A stretch of 64,000 nt of DNA from the human T2T-CHM13v2.0 reference genome, Homo sapiens: assembly GCF_009914755.1 (NCBI RefSeq), contig NC_060934.1; one strand, written 5' to 3'. Below are positions 14,575 through 29,404 of this stretch, one piece after another. The notes beneath the pieces are model-generated. The model was not told where the DNA came from and did not search any database. It saw only the letters and a list, made by a program, of their open reading frames with translations. The stretch's first letter is position 1. The number at the start of each line of letters is the position of its first letter. The translations under genes and the position numbers were made by a program.

Positions 14575-14848
14575 CTGTCTTCTTTTGCTCTATTTTTTTT
14601 GTTTTCTCTTCTTTTCTTTTCTCTTCCTTCTTTCTTTTCTTTTCTCCTTCCTTCCTACCTCCCTCCTTTCTTTCTTCCTTGCTTCCTTGCTTCCTTTTCT
14701 TTCTTCCTTTCTTTTTCTTTCTTTCTTCCTTTCTTCCTTCCTTCCTTCCTTTCTTTCTTTTCTTTTCTTTTTCCTTCCTTCCTTCCTTCCTTCCTTCCTT
14801 CCTTCCTTCCTTCCTTCCTTCCTCCCTCCCTCCCTCCCTCCCTCCCTC
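14575..14848. repeat. Polypyrimidine tract including (TTCC)13 at 14771-14822 and (TCCC)6
   Basis: Direct reading; source of the spurious low-complexity ORFs at 14546-15101. Confidence 0.97.
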
Positions 14849-16036
14849 AGGACAATATAGACACGGAGATGCCCGTGGAAGGAAGAGACCTGAGTGGTCT
14901 TCACTCACAGCAGTGATAATGGCTAAAAGCACCAAGGTCAAGTTAAAAAACTTTTTTTTCTTTTTTACTTTTAAAGTTTTGCCTCAAAAGAAATACATTT
15001 CTTTACTTCAACATCCTTTCAGGACTTACAATTGGGTGTTCAAAATATTTGAAATAATGTGTCTATTTAAAATTGTCAACCAGCTCAAGAGATATTACTA
15101 ATAGCACCAAATAGTTACTGAAAATTAATTCTTCCATGCAATTGTAATTTTTAAATATATCAGATATTTATTACTGGGAGATAAGATTTGCTCTTTTAGT
15201 TCTATGATTTTCATTTTCAGCACAACTTTTTTGGGCAACAGTTTTTCTAACCAAACAGAAAAATCTAATATTTAGAGTGAAGAAAAAGTCTTAGCAGCTC
15301 ATTTCTTTTCTTTTTTTTAAAAAAAAGAGAGTACACAATGTCAGTTAAAACAAAAATTTGAATTCTCACTGGTGACTATTAAACTATGTTTCAGTTTTTA
15401 TTTCATGCCCAATCGTTTATGGTAAACACTGACAGAGTGATTCAGAATATAATCTACAGCACTGAAGTTTCATCCCAGTGTGCTTCAAGGGGACTTCAAA
15501 AATCTTAGTCCAGGGCCCTTTGAGCTTCTTACAGCTTCCTGGAAGAAACACAACAAAGACAGAAATACAAGCATTGTGAACTCAAGGAGAAAATTCCCAT
15601 TAGTGTTAAAGGAACTCCTTCAATGTGGAAAAGTATAATTTTAAGTATGGAAAAGACATTTTCAGGTCTTTTGTATGTGGTCCTAACTTTTTAGATGTGT
15701 TTCTCTCTCAGCATTTGTCAAATGTATTTGAAGTTCATTCAATCCACTTCGGCTGCATTTTGAAAGTGGCTTAAGGAAATTTAAGCAGACAGTATCTATT
15801 AACATTAATAAAATTCCTAAGGCAAAATTCCCCCACACTGCATTAGCTCAATTATTGACCTTAGTATGAGGTTCTATTTTACTAAATATTTAGAGAGTAC
15901 TCAATCCTTTAAAAAAAATCCCAAATGCTATTTCAATAACAGAATTTGATTAACCACATAAAATCGAAATAGTACAACTACCAGATTTGAAGGCCAGATG
16001 CAAAAACATTTTTGTGAAAACTCCCACCAGAATTGA

Positions 16037-16246
<210 letters not shown>

Positions 16247-17510
16247 TGACTGCTGCCTTTCCTCCAAATGTCAAGAAAGGGACATTTTACAGCCATGATC
16301 CTCAAATCATTTTCTTGCCTCTTGGTTTCCTTTGCTTAATAAAAAATGTTTTGATTAGTTTTAATTTTCTGGGTGCATTGATTGTTAGCTCTTTTGTATT
16401 CTGATATTGTTGGCATCAGGACTCATCAATTTCATAAAATTATTGAGTAATTATATTGACTAATTATCGAGTAATTAGAGTGAAATGTCTCTAAGAAAAA
16501 AAATTCAATTTGGAGGGATTTCTCATCTAAATGTAAATGTTTATATTTACGTATTTTCTTTAGTTAGTTTTTTTTTTTTCACCTGGTTGATTTCTTTGTT
16601 ATATTTTGGTTCTAATTTCAAAAGCATTTATAGACACGAAAACTTATGTGGCTCAAGGACCCAGTACTGAGAGAGTTCTAGGACGGCTGTGCTTTGGCTA
16701 ATGTTTGTTGAAACCAGATAGGAAAGATTAATTAGAGACCTAAGTGACAGAAAAAACAAGGAAATTTAAACTTAGGTTTGTTTCATTTTAACAAACTGAC
16801 AAAGTAAAGAATGAAAATTTACTAAATTGTAGCCTTAAATTTACAGAATATTTAGACTAGAATAACTGTGTGTTTGATTTCCAACTCTTCTGACAAAGTA
16901 AGTAAGGCCTGTTGGACTAAGAATATAAAAATAAAGTTCCAGGAACTACAAATGTAATGTTTTAGATAGTCTCTAATTATGAGAGAAACCTGAACTGTGA
17001 GAATTACTAATGAGCATTATTAACCCATAGGTTAATGGGTATTTATAATATTACAGACTCGATATCTTATGTTCAGCTGAGGGATTACTTTTTCCTTGAG
17101 AATTGAATCCTAGATTATAAAAGGGATGTTGAGGATAAAGAAAGAATGCCCTTTGGTCAAATCTTCTGAAATCCATCTATTCCATAAAGTGCGGCATAAT
17201 TTAATTACAATTAAATAGGCCAACTTTTAAAAATTCTGTAACCATGTCAGATATTTCTATTCCTTTAAAAACTTTTTAATGAAATTTTTCATTTACTTGG
17301 GGGCAATTGTGTAAACAGGTTATAATTATAGACTATGTCTTACTCTATGTTTCTTTGTCCAAGTGTATGGTGTTTTTCTTTTAATTTTTATTTCAGGTTC
17401 AGGAGTACATGTGTAGGTGTCTTATATAGGGAAACACATGTCCTGGAGGTTTTGTTGTACAGATTATTTTCTCGCCCAGGTACTAAGCCTTGGATTCAAT
17501 AGTTATTTTT

Positions 17511-17957
<447 letters not shown>

Positions 17958-18226
17958 TGACAACATTTGGTATTTGGTTTTCCATTCCTGCATTAGTTTG
18001 CTAAGGATAATGGCCTCCAGCTCCATCCAGGTCCCTACAGAAGACATGATCTCATTTCTTTTATGGCCTCATAGTATTCCATGGTGTATATGTACCTGAT
18101 TTTCTTTATCCAGTCTATCATTGGTGGGCATTTAGGTTGATTCCATGTCCTTGCTATTATAAATAGTGCTGCAATTAACATACATATGTATGTGTCTGTG
18201 TGGCAGAATGATTTACTTATTCTTTT

Positions 18227-18597
18227 AATTAATAGAGTTTACTTTTTTAGAGTAGTTTTAGATTCACAGAAAATGATGCAGAAAATACACAGAGTTTGAA
18301 CATACTCTTCTTGCCCTGCTGAACATCCTCCCCCATCATCGACATGCCCCACCAGAATGGTACATTTGTTGCAATAGGTGAACCTACATTGACATTGACA
18401 CATCAATGTCACTCAGAGTTCTTAGATTAGAGTTCCCTCTTGATGCTGTACTTTCTAAGGGTTTTAAGGATGTATAATGTCATGCATCCGTCATTATGGT
18501 GTCCTACAGAATCTTCCCTGCCCTAAAAATTTTCTTTGTTCTACCCAGTTTTTTGTTTCAATAGGTTTTGGGGAAATAGGTGGTGTTTGGTTACATG
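18227..18597 (-). mobile_element. Composite insert: L1MC-like 3' end (18227-18547) plus short L1PB-like 3' end (18549-18597)
   Basis: ttttagagtagttttagattcacag (L1MC-type) and tttcaataggttttggggaaataggtggtgtttggttacatg (L1PB-type). Confidence 0.75.
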
Positions 18598-19579
18598 GAT
18601 TTACATTCCTTTGGTTATATACCCAGTAATGGGATTGCTGGCCTGAATGTAGTTTTACTGGTGAGGTTGTGGAGAAAAGGGAATGCTTATACACTGCTGG
18701 TGGGAGTGTAAATTAGTTCAGCCACTGGGGAAAGCAGTGTGGCGATTCCTCAAAGAAATAACATCAGGGCTATGTTTTTATATCAGAGCCCACTATATTT
18801 TTATGTCACACTCCCTGGAAGCTGAGAGAATAGTTCTCAAAAGGACTTATTCATTTCTAGTTTTCATTGCAATCTAGTATATTGCTGTAACTGCACAGTG
18901 ACGTTTTGCAATGTTCATTTTCAACGGTTTGAACCAACACTGGTCAAGTCTCTGTAAAGACGCAAGGTCAGTAAGTTTGGAGACTTAGGTCTCACCACCT
19001 GGAGGCTTTGTCAAAACAGAAATTTGTGTTCTTATTGTGGCTTCGCTTGCTAGTCTTTATTATTGAAATTGTCATCTTTCTTTACGCTGTTCTCAAAGGT
19101 GTCTCACATTGCAGAATTCTTCCTTTTCTCTGTTCTTGGTTGGTATTTTTAAAGGCCTTTTCTTTTCTTCATTTTAATCAAAGAAAAAAGTTCCACTATG
19201 GTTTTCCTGTTTTGTTATGGGGAATTTCAAGATGACAGGCAAATTTAATGTTTTCTTGATATTCCCAGGCTCTTGTCCTGAAGAATGTCTTCCCTCTGCA
19301 CTTGGAGTTCAAAGAAGTCATTTTTACTTTATTATTTACTTTACTTTATTATTTGCCTTTCTGTTCTTTCTTTGTTCTCGATACAAAGCAGTTTCTACTT
19401 TTCTAGTCTACCACTTTTTGCTTCCCAATAATTGTTATGTATTTTATTTTGCTAAGGCAAATTGTTATTTGTAAAATTTGTCGTAAGAGAGTCCCCTTGC
19501 ATTTGAGGTGAGAGCTAGAAGCTCCTGGCACTGCTGGAAAAATATTCCTAATCACATGATAGCATAAAATAGTAGTTTG

Positions 19580-19840
19580 CGTAATGTATTACCACTTACA
19601 AAGTACTTTCACATGCATTATAGCATTTAATTCCTCAATAGTTTCCTACAGCTTTAATATCCTAAGTATTTTACAATAGCGGTGGTACATAGAAGCTGTT
19701 CAATAAATGTTTATGACTTAATTTTGGAAATAGATCATACATGATTATCTTCATTTTATAGCTGAGCAGGGTAAGTCAGAGAGATTAAATGACATACTTG
19801 AGGTCACAGAGCTAGTTAAGAATAAATCCAGAATTTAATT
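19580..19840 (-). mobile_element. MIR fragments with an L2 3'-end fragment
   Basis: cattttatagctgagcagggtaagtcagagagattaaatgac...gaggtcacagagctagt. Confidence 0.55.
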
Positions 19841-21899
19841 TGATGATCCCAAGACATCTCAACCATTTTCTCTGCCTAAAGAGATTATGTAAAACAATTC
19901 ACAAATCTATGTCTCATTTGTCTTTCCAATAAGCGTTTCTTAATATTGGCTGTTTAACAATCTTGCTTATTAGACTTGTCATATCACACAATTACAAGTA
20001 TAGATAAGAGAGGTATTCCTACTTCATTTGCAGAACTAACCAAATTCTAAGAGCATATAATTACAAGGAGTAAAATTTTCTGTTCCTGTCCAAGCTAAAC
20101 TTGCCAAATTATACATAGGGAAGTACGTGTAATTCTTTCTGTAATAAGTTTCTTCTAATAGGCTAACACCAGCTTTGTTTTGTTTCATTATGTTTTATGT
20201 GAATGAGAAGAAAAATTCTGATTTACACAAAACCCACCACCAATTTGGGGCTTGTTTTAAAATTGTAAATTTTAATTACCATTAAATTTTACATTAAAAT
20301 TAGTAATGGATTGAATAAATTTAGTTAAGTAAATTTCATTTTCAATGCCCTCATTCAATTTATCTTAGTATTTAAATGTGCCAACCATGCTAAGCATGTA
20401 CATGACCTCCAATCCTTTCATGCTGCAAATATTGTCATTTCTTCAATAGCATAATTTTTTTGCAGTGCACACTAAATGATGAATGATCAATAAATAAGAA
20501 AATACATTTAGAGTTATAACAATCTTGCTTATAGTGGGATTGAAATAGGGAAGTACAACTGCTGCTTAAAATAAGAATGAATACAGATTTGCTCATAATA
20601 TTCAGTGTTTCTTCACCAATACCCTGTTGTTTTCTAGAATCATATTGGAGAGAAGACTTGTGGAGGCATGGATTCCCTTAAGTAATTAAGTTATTTTTCC
20701 TGAGGTTATAGCTCTGTGTTGTTCAACCAAAGATTTGAAATTCTGTTTTAAATTATGGGCCCTTACTGTTACACAGCTGCATATTTTAATTAACTTCAAA
20801 GATAGAGTTTGCTTAGAAATCAGCCAAAATACAATAAGAATAATATTTTTTTAAAGTTCTTTTTCTCAAATTACCAACTGTTCATTATAATGCATTTTTC
20901 AATTTTAGAGTATCCAGTTGTTTTTTAGACAGATTTAATTACCTGATAAAATTAACTATAACATCTATTTCCTTGACTATATTAATAACAATTATTTTAA
21001 ACCTTATGACTAATAACTCCAATATCTAAATGTCTTACAGGTCTGTCTCTATCACCTGTTTTCTTTTTATTTCCTCTAGATTTTCATTCATTGGTCATAT
21101 TTCTTTGCATGCTAGGTGATTTTTAAAATAAAATATTGGACATGGTTTACAAAGTACCAAAGTACTTTGAGGATGTAGATAATGTTTTCTTCCTACAAGA
21201 CAGTTTATTTTTTTGGCAGTTAGTACAGAACAGATAACTTTAATACTGTACAGCTAAGCCCCTTCAAAGTTGAGCATCAGTTCTTATGAGACCAGAATAT
21301 TTCTGGTAAGCCCTTACTCTTCTAGTCCTTCAGGGATCTCCACTAAAGATCTGAATTTTTGCTCTGGACCTTTTCCTTAGTGCCCCTGAATGCATGTATT
21401 TTTCTTCAGCTCCATGAGACAGCCCAAAGGCTGTGGAAAGGCAAATCATTCTTACCTGTGTTCACAAGTGGCTATGAAATGATTGATATAATATGAGGTG
21501 CTAAGCTATGGAATGAAAATGACTAGCCAGGAAAGACAGTCAAGGATATCAAAATGAACCATTGAACCATTCAGTCATGTATTGAAAAGAAAGTGTATAG
21601 GGTAGTTACTTAAACTCTCTGGGCTAAGTCAGTGAGACCTTCTCACTCTCTAACACTTGCTTATACATTGGCAAATGCTTTGATGGGAAAAGTGTTGTTG
21701 GGTTTACGTCTGCATTTTCCTTTCTTTGGGATTTTGTCTTTTCAAGACCTTGCTCTTTGATAACTACCTGAAGTTTTCAGTGGAAGCTTTCCATATTTTA
21801 TTCACATTTCCTGCTTGATTTAAGTGGTAGAAATGATCTTAATCTTGTGTGCCATAACCAGAAGTGAAAGTCACATTCACATTTAACAATAACCTCCAA

Positions 21900-22130
21900 A
21901 GTTGATAAAATCTAGCATTTCTTGAGCTCTTCATATATGTCAAGCACCGACCTAAGCATTTAAAATAAATTATGTATACTTCTCACAAAAACCATGAGTA
22001 GCTACTTTTGTCATTTACGGAAAAGGAACCTGAAATACCCAGAGACCTTAAGTAACTTTTCCAAAGATATGGAACAAAGATTTATCCAAAGAAATATGAC
22101 TCTAAAGCCCTAAGGCCTAGCTACTGTACC
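21900..22130 (-). mobile_element. MIR
   Basis: tagcatttcttgagctcttcatatatgtcaagcac...aagtaacttttccaaag. Confidence 0.55.
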
Positions 22131-22583
22131 AGAATGCCCTCTTAAAAACTTTCTTTTCAATAAGTGACTGAATCAATTCATTCATTCTGATATCCTTGAC
22201 AGTCTTCCTTAGCCAGTCATTATCATACCATAGCCTAATATATCATATCATAGCATATCAAGGCCATTTGGGAGCAAAGGTAAGGTTTGCCTATCCACAG
22301 CATTTATCTTATTAATCTATAATTTTTTAAATGAAAGAACCTGTACATAGGCCAAAAAAAAACCGGATCCTTTCTTAAATACATGGAGTTTGGAAATCAA
22401 ACTCTCATTTTCCTATTCTATTAGTAATTAGCTATAACCCTAAATCTCAGCTTCTTCATATTAAGTTGCCATTAAATAGTGATGATTTTTGCTTGATTAT
22501 AATAGATATGGTTCTAAAATTTGTGGTCTATTGATAATGTAACAAGGAAACTAACAATTCTCAAAAAAACATTTTATTCCAAT

Positions 22584-22884
<301 letters not shown>

Positions 22885-24130
22885 TTAAAAAATCCTGGAG
22901 ATTTGAAATAAGGGTCTTTACAGGCCTTGATGCTGTCTATCCTAGGATACTCTTACTTTGTAGAAGTTGCAGTTTCTTTGACTTGTCTTATCTCTATTCT
23001 CTTGATATACTTGGCATTTGTAATCACTCTGGACACAAACTATAGGTGGATGTGACTCTTTTTTTGTGTCAACTGCAAACTCGGGTTCTTTTTTTTCACT
23101 AGCTTATGTGAGGAATAAGGATAGTCATTAGGTTAGGAAACTGTAATTTAAATAAAAATGTCATATAATCCTACTAGATGGCAACAGGAGAAAAATCACA
23201 GAAGAGACAAGACTGGCTTAGCCCAGGAGTCAGCCTGTTCTATCCATTTTCTTGGTTGAATACTTTACCATTTCCTTCAGCAGCAAATTTTAGAGGAGGT
23301 CAATATAGAGGAACTTTACTGTTTATTAAGTAAAATCACTTTTTAATCTATTCTATTTAAGTATTTAAACCTAATGTTCCTTGGTGTCACATTTGCTGCT
23401 TCTATGGAAGAATGCATAGTTAATAAATCACCATTGCCAATTAGTTGTAAGTTTCAATGGGGCTCTTAATGCATTTTTTAAAATTTCTTTGAAGATTATT
23501 TCTCTTATTTAAACTGTAATGACCCTTCACTCATGGTTAGCCGCCTGAAAGTATTGAAAGATGAACATTGGCTGAACTTGTAGAATTTATAGAAAAAAGG
23601 TAATTCAAGAAAGTCAGAGAAGGCCAAAAAGAACAGAACAGTGAGACCACCACCATTTAGATATAAGGTAATTTCCTTCTATAACTATTGCTACATCTGT
23701 GAGAATACTTGATGTGTGAATATAGTGTATACAGCCAAGACATTTGATAAATGTGTGAGCAGAAAAGAATAATATATATGTACATATATATCTAATACAA
23801 GGAAAAGAAAACCAGATTGAATAAAATGCTGATTAAAAGCTCTCAAGAAATAATTCTAAGGAAAATGTAGAGACAGATATTTTATATCATAGGACTTCCC
23901 TATATTTTAAACAAGTAAAATATTAAAATTTTATCTACACAGCTTCATGTGGGATCTAATTCATTTGTATTTGTGGAGATATTTTATTTTTTAGCTATCT
24001 CACATATAGAAGTGCCTGACATTTTAATTTTTTGTTTACTTTTCCTAGTGTAAGAAAATAAGTTGAATTATTCTCCCTTGATCATGTTCTGATGGCAAAT
24101 GCTGTGTGTAAAAATAAATAAATAAAGTAG

Positions 24131-24354
<224 letters not shown>

Positions 24355-25221
24355 TGTCTCCCCCAAACCCAGGGTGTAGACTTTCCTTAATCTCCTTTCT
24401 TTTCCCTTGATGTTTAAGTCCCAAGCCATGTTTAGATAAGTTTCCTTATCTAGCTATTGTCCCAGGTAAAATCCACACCAGAGTCTTGACTATCTTGAGT
24501 CCAATGGCACAAGCTTCTTCAAGTGGGCACCCTGCGTCACTGTCTTTTGTGTGAAGTTCAGACTCTTCATGTTCCAATTCAATGTGAACAGTCTTAACTC
24601 AGAGGGCACACTTTTTACTCTGTGTATGTTTTTATGTTTTAAGTGTACACGTTTGTAAAACAGATATGTTGCTGACATCTAAATATTAAAATATTTCAAG
24701 TAAAAATATAGATGTGCGTTTTTTCCTTGAGGACTCGGAAAGCCCTGGAAGCCCTTGTCTTGCAAATATTGCCTGGAAAATTCACTCAAAGTGTGCACCC
24801 TCCAATTTCTCCCTCATGAATTTCTTCTCTTACCCAAGGCACACAGTAGCTTATGTAGAAAGGAAGTTTGAAACCTCTTTTTTAAAGTGGAGGTGGATTT
24901 TACTTATCATCTTCATGCTGTTAGTTGACTGCTTCCAGATTTTCTACAGATTATGATTGTGGAGATGGGGGCGGGAGGCATGTTAGGAATTGATCGTTTG
25001 ATGATAGCTCACCTTGACTGTCACGCTGTTAGATGCATTGCTCAATACCTGGCAGATGAGAGTTCAGGAGCTGTACAATAAAAAAAGATGGAAATAATTG
25101 TGCAAATTGTTACTGATACCCTGGAAAGCAAATGGATTTTTACATTGTCAAGTTTAACTGAAAGCCCTTCTATTCAAGTGTAGTTTACAGACAACTCACC
25201 ATTAATATTTTGGACTTTATG

Positions 25222-25401
<180 letters not shown>

Positions 25402-26753
25402 TAAAAATTAGATTCACTGCTGATAACACTGAAGCCAGGTCAGATACTTAAGTAAAACGAAGGAGAAAGTTAAGGGTTACAGGCAGATAAGAATGGGTAA
25501 AACAGAAACCTTTGAGTTTATTGTGGGATTTTGTTGTTGCTGTTGTTTTTAATATTAAGCTACTGAACACCATATTGCAGATTAGCAGGGAAACAAAAAT
25601 GAGTTTGGAGTAATTCTTTTCCAGTTAAGGTTAGATAGGCATATGATTCACACCTTGGAACACATACTATACAATCAAACCCTTGCTGAGATACTGTGCT
25701 GCCTACTGGATAGATAGCTGGGCCTGTAATGGAAACAAATGAATGTTTTGGTGATGTTTTCAGGGCAGAACAAAGAGGAAAATAAAATTCCATTAACTAT
25801 TACTTAAGCGGCATGCTGTTATCTCCCTGGTTTAGAGACAGATGTAAAAAGCTCATGGTTAAGGAATTGTTTGGGGTTCCTGTGTGCTGGAGAAAGATAC
25901 CACAGAGTGGAGAAGAGAGGAGCTTCTGTCTTTGACTCTCCTTCCAAAGGCCAGTGTGCTCTGCTCTACTATTTTTACCCCTGACATCTTTTCCTGCCTT
26001 GATTTTGTGTAGCAATTGCAACCACTTTCTGCTTCTATGCTTACTTTGCTTTGCTTTAATATCTGTTATAGAAAAATGTATACCAAGTAATAAACCTATC
26101 TCTATCTTGTTATATAGAGCAAAAATTATACTGTTATTTAAAAGAAGTATTCATGAATGCTTTTAGGGGTCAAAATGGAAGCATATTTTAACCAGTGTGA
26201 AAGCTCCTTTTATTTCTATCCTGTGGAGAGAATGTAATTGTAAAACCAATTCCTCAGAAATGTGCGATTCAATACAGATCATACAGAGGCCCAGTTAAAA
26301 TTTAGCTTTGCTTTAATCTTAAGGCAACTATTATAGACACTTAAAAATAATAAAGCTACATTGTTTAAAAAAAAAAACTTCTGTAGTTTAGAGTTTTTAT
26401 TATTTCAGTTTGGCTTCCTGACATCCCCAGGATCTCGTGATGACTCACGAGACATTTTGAGGATGAATATAAATTTGTAGAAAGGATAAGAAAATCGCTT
26501 CCTGTAATCAAAGTTTTTAAAGTTTTGGTGCTTTAACATGTTTTTGGTCCATATGTTCATTGACTTTGGCACTTCATATCCTTCTAAATACAGAGTCTTC
26601 TATAAAATACGTGATCATGACAATAACATGTTCATTCTTGTGCTAATTTGCCCAATACTTCTAAATAGCTATACTTCTAAATAGCTTGTTTATACATACA
26701 CATATGCACACACATAATGTCTTTGTTATTAGTCAAAAAGAAGTTCATTTTAC

Positions 26754-27004
<251 letters not shown>

Positions 27005-27704
27005 TTAAAAGTAGTTTATTTTAAATGTACCTTTTAATAATATACTCTCTAATTTTATGCTGACAGAGGACCCTGCAGACTAGTCTCATGATAGGAAAAT
27101 ATCAGGTGTGGAGAGGCAGACATGTTCCATAGGAAATTTTAGAGAAAGCCTGGAATTGTTCACCTTTTCCTCATTAATCTTTGATGACATTAGGCATTTA
27201 ATTCACTTGGCAAAATCAGTTTTTTCAAAATCTGGCATGTAATGGTTTCATAAAAGCCTTGGGTGGCTTCTAGGAAAATATAAGTAGTTGAAAGTTTCTT
27301 GTACATTTTCATTTTAATATTTAATCAGGACAAAAGAGTACAGTTTTAGAAATCCTGGGCTCTTACTCATGAGCTCTACAAAATTTTAATGGAGAACATT
27401 TGAAGCCAGTGGTTTTGCCATAAAGTGGTCATCCCTCTCCAGCGCTTCCTCTCCTGGTCTTTGAATGTTTCAGGTCTGGTCTTGAGAGCTGCATATGTTG
27501 TTCCCTGCATATCGAAAGGACACTTCTCAAAGACCGTGAAGTGAGTGAGTCCTCTGGAGTTGTACAACCTATAACATTCCTGATGAAAACACCATTTCAT
27601 TGCTCTTGCTACTGAAACCAAAAGCCTTTGTGGTATCCTTTACTCTGCTTTTGTCCCTCGCTGTCTTTATTAAATCTATGGGGAGTCTCAATAGCAGTGC
27701 ATAC

Positions 27705-28446
27705 ATAATTCTTCCAGAATCTGCCTCTGTCACTTACACCACTGTTACCACTTTGGGGTGGAGCATGGCACCTTCTCTTACCTGGAAAACTGTGATACCC
27801 TCCTAACTAGTTTGTCTGGCTCCCGTTGTCCTTCTACAGTCTTGATTTCCCAGCAGCCAGCGTGATATTTTTCCAAAATAAAGGAATGTCCTTTCCTCTG
27901 CTCAAAACCTCCCAAATCTTTCTGTATCTTTTGGACTAAAATCCAGTGTCACTGTCATGGCTTGCAAGGAATACACGCTCCCTATGATCTGCCCCTACCA
28001 CCTCCCATCACCTTTGACACACTTGTTTACTACTTCTGCTCCAGCTGTAGAGACAACCTTTTAACTCCTAAAATTCAGTCAAGCCCTTTACATGTGCCGG
28101 TACATCTACCCACAGTTGTTTCCCAAATATCCACATGACAGATTTTCTTACTTCCTTCGAGTTTCTGCTGAAAAATCACCTTCTCAGAGAGAGCTTCTGC
28201 GACTCTCTTCTCTCCTAGAGATCCCTGTTCCTCTCTATCTTCTTACTCTGTTTTAGTTTTCTCCTTGGTACTAACCACCTTCTAGTATGCTATAGGTTTT
28301 ATGTTCACTTGTTTTAATGCCTGTCCCTGTTCTCTAGAATGTAGGCTCTGTGAGAGAAGGGTCTTTGTTTTCCTATCTGCTGTAATTCCAGTGCCTACAA
28401 TAATACAGAAAATATATTCAATTAATATCTGATGAATGAATGAATG
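27705..28446 (+). mobile_element. L2 3' end
   Basis: cctcctaactagtttgtctggctcc...ctagaatgtaggctctgtgag...gatgaatgaatgaatg tail. Confidence 0.8.
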
Positions 28447-29137
28447 GATTCTATCTTATCAAATGGACAGTGTGTATGCCTTTTGGGGAAAATAATTTAT
28501 ATCTAGTAGACATCATTCTTAGGAATCTATTTTCTACTGTCTAATCCCCAATTATATTAAGACTCATAGTAGAGTTATATGGTAGTGGTGGTTTGACAGA
28601 TGCAGTAATCAGAAATCATTAACCCATGAATATGTACACTTAAAAAACTGGCAACAAGTTAAAGCATAACTCTTGACTACAAATGATGATTTCTACCTAA
28701 CTTCTACTCTCCTTACATAAAGGTAGAGTATTTCACCCTTATCATTTTAGTTTGTATCGTTGTTAACAATTTACTTGTTGAAGCTTGGAAAAGTCAAAAT
28801 CATTTGAAAAAAATTTAATTTGATAACTGAAAGAATCAAAGATCACTTATAGTGATCTTCCTAGAGGGTTGGTCAGTTATATATCAGATAATTTTCAGTG
28901 ATAGAAAACTCAGTACACCGTGAGGCTACCCATTTTGGTTTCGGGTAAATTTTTCTCCTGTTAAATGAATCTAAATCTAGGTAATTTATGTATATTGGGC
29001 TTAGTTTTTGAAATGCACAGACAAAAGAATAAACTAAAGAGACAGAAGAATGAAAAAAAAATGCTGCACAAAGTGAAACTTTTCTACTGGAACATTCCAA
29101 TCTTTCAAGTTTAATTATACCTAGAATTAGATATTTA

Positions 29138-29295
<158 letters not shown>

Positions 29296-29404
29296 AATAG
29301 ATACTTATCTGATTCCCAGAAAATTAGGATGAGCAATACTACCTCATTTTATGGAGAAACACCCATATTCTATTCTATTGGCTATTTGACTTTTAACAGA
29401 GAAT

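Noticed and set aside
14546-15101. Long ORFs (up to 181 aa) on both strands
   Set aside because: Low-complexity translations of the TTCC/CTTT tract, which lacks stop codons
28837-28859. Short hairpin aagatcact-tat-agtgatctt
   Set aside because: A 9-bp stem is expected by chance in AT-rich DNA; too short for a pre-miRNA
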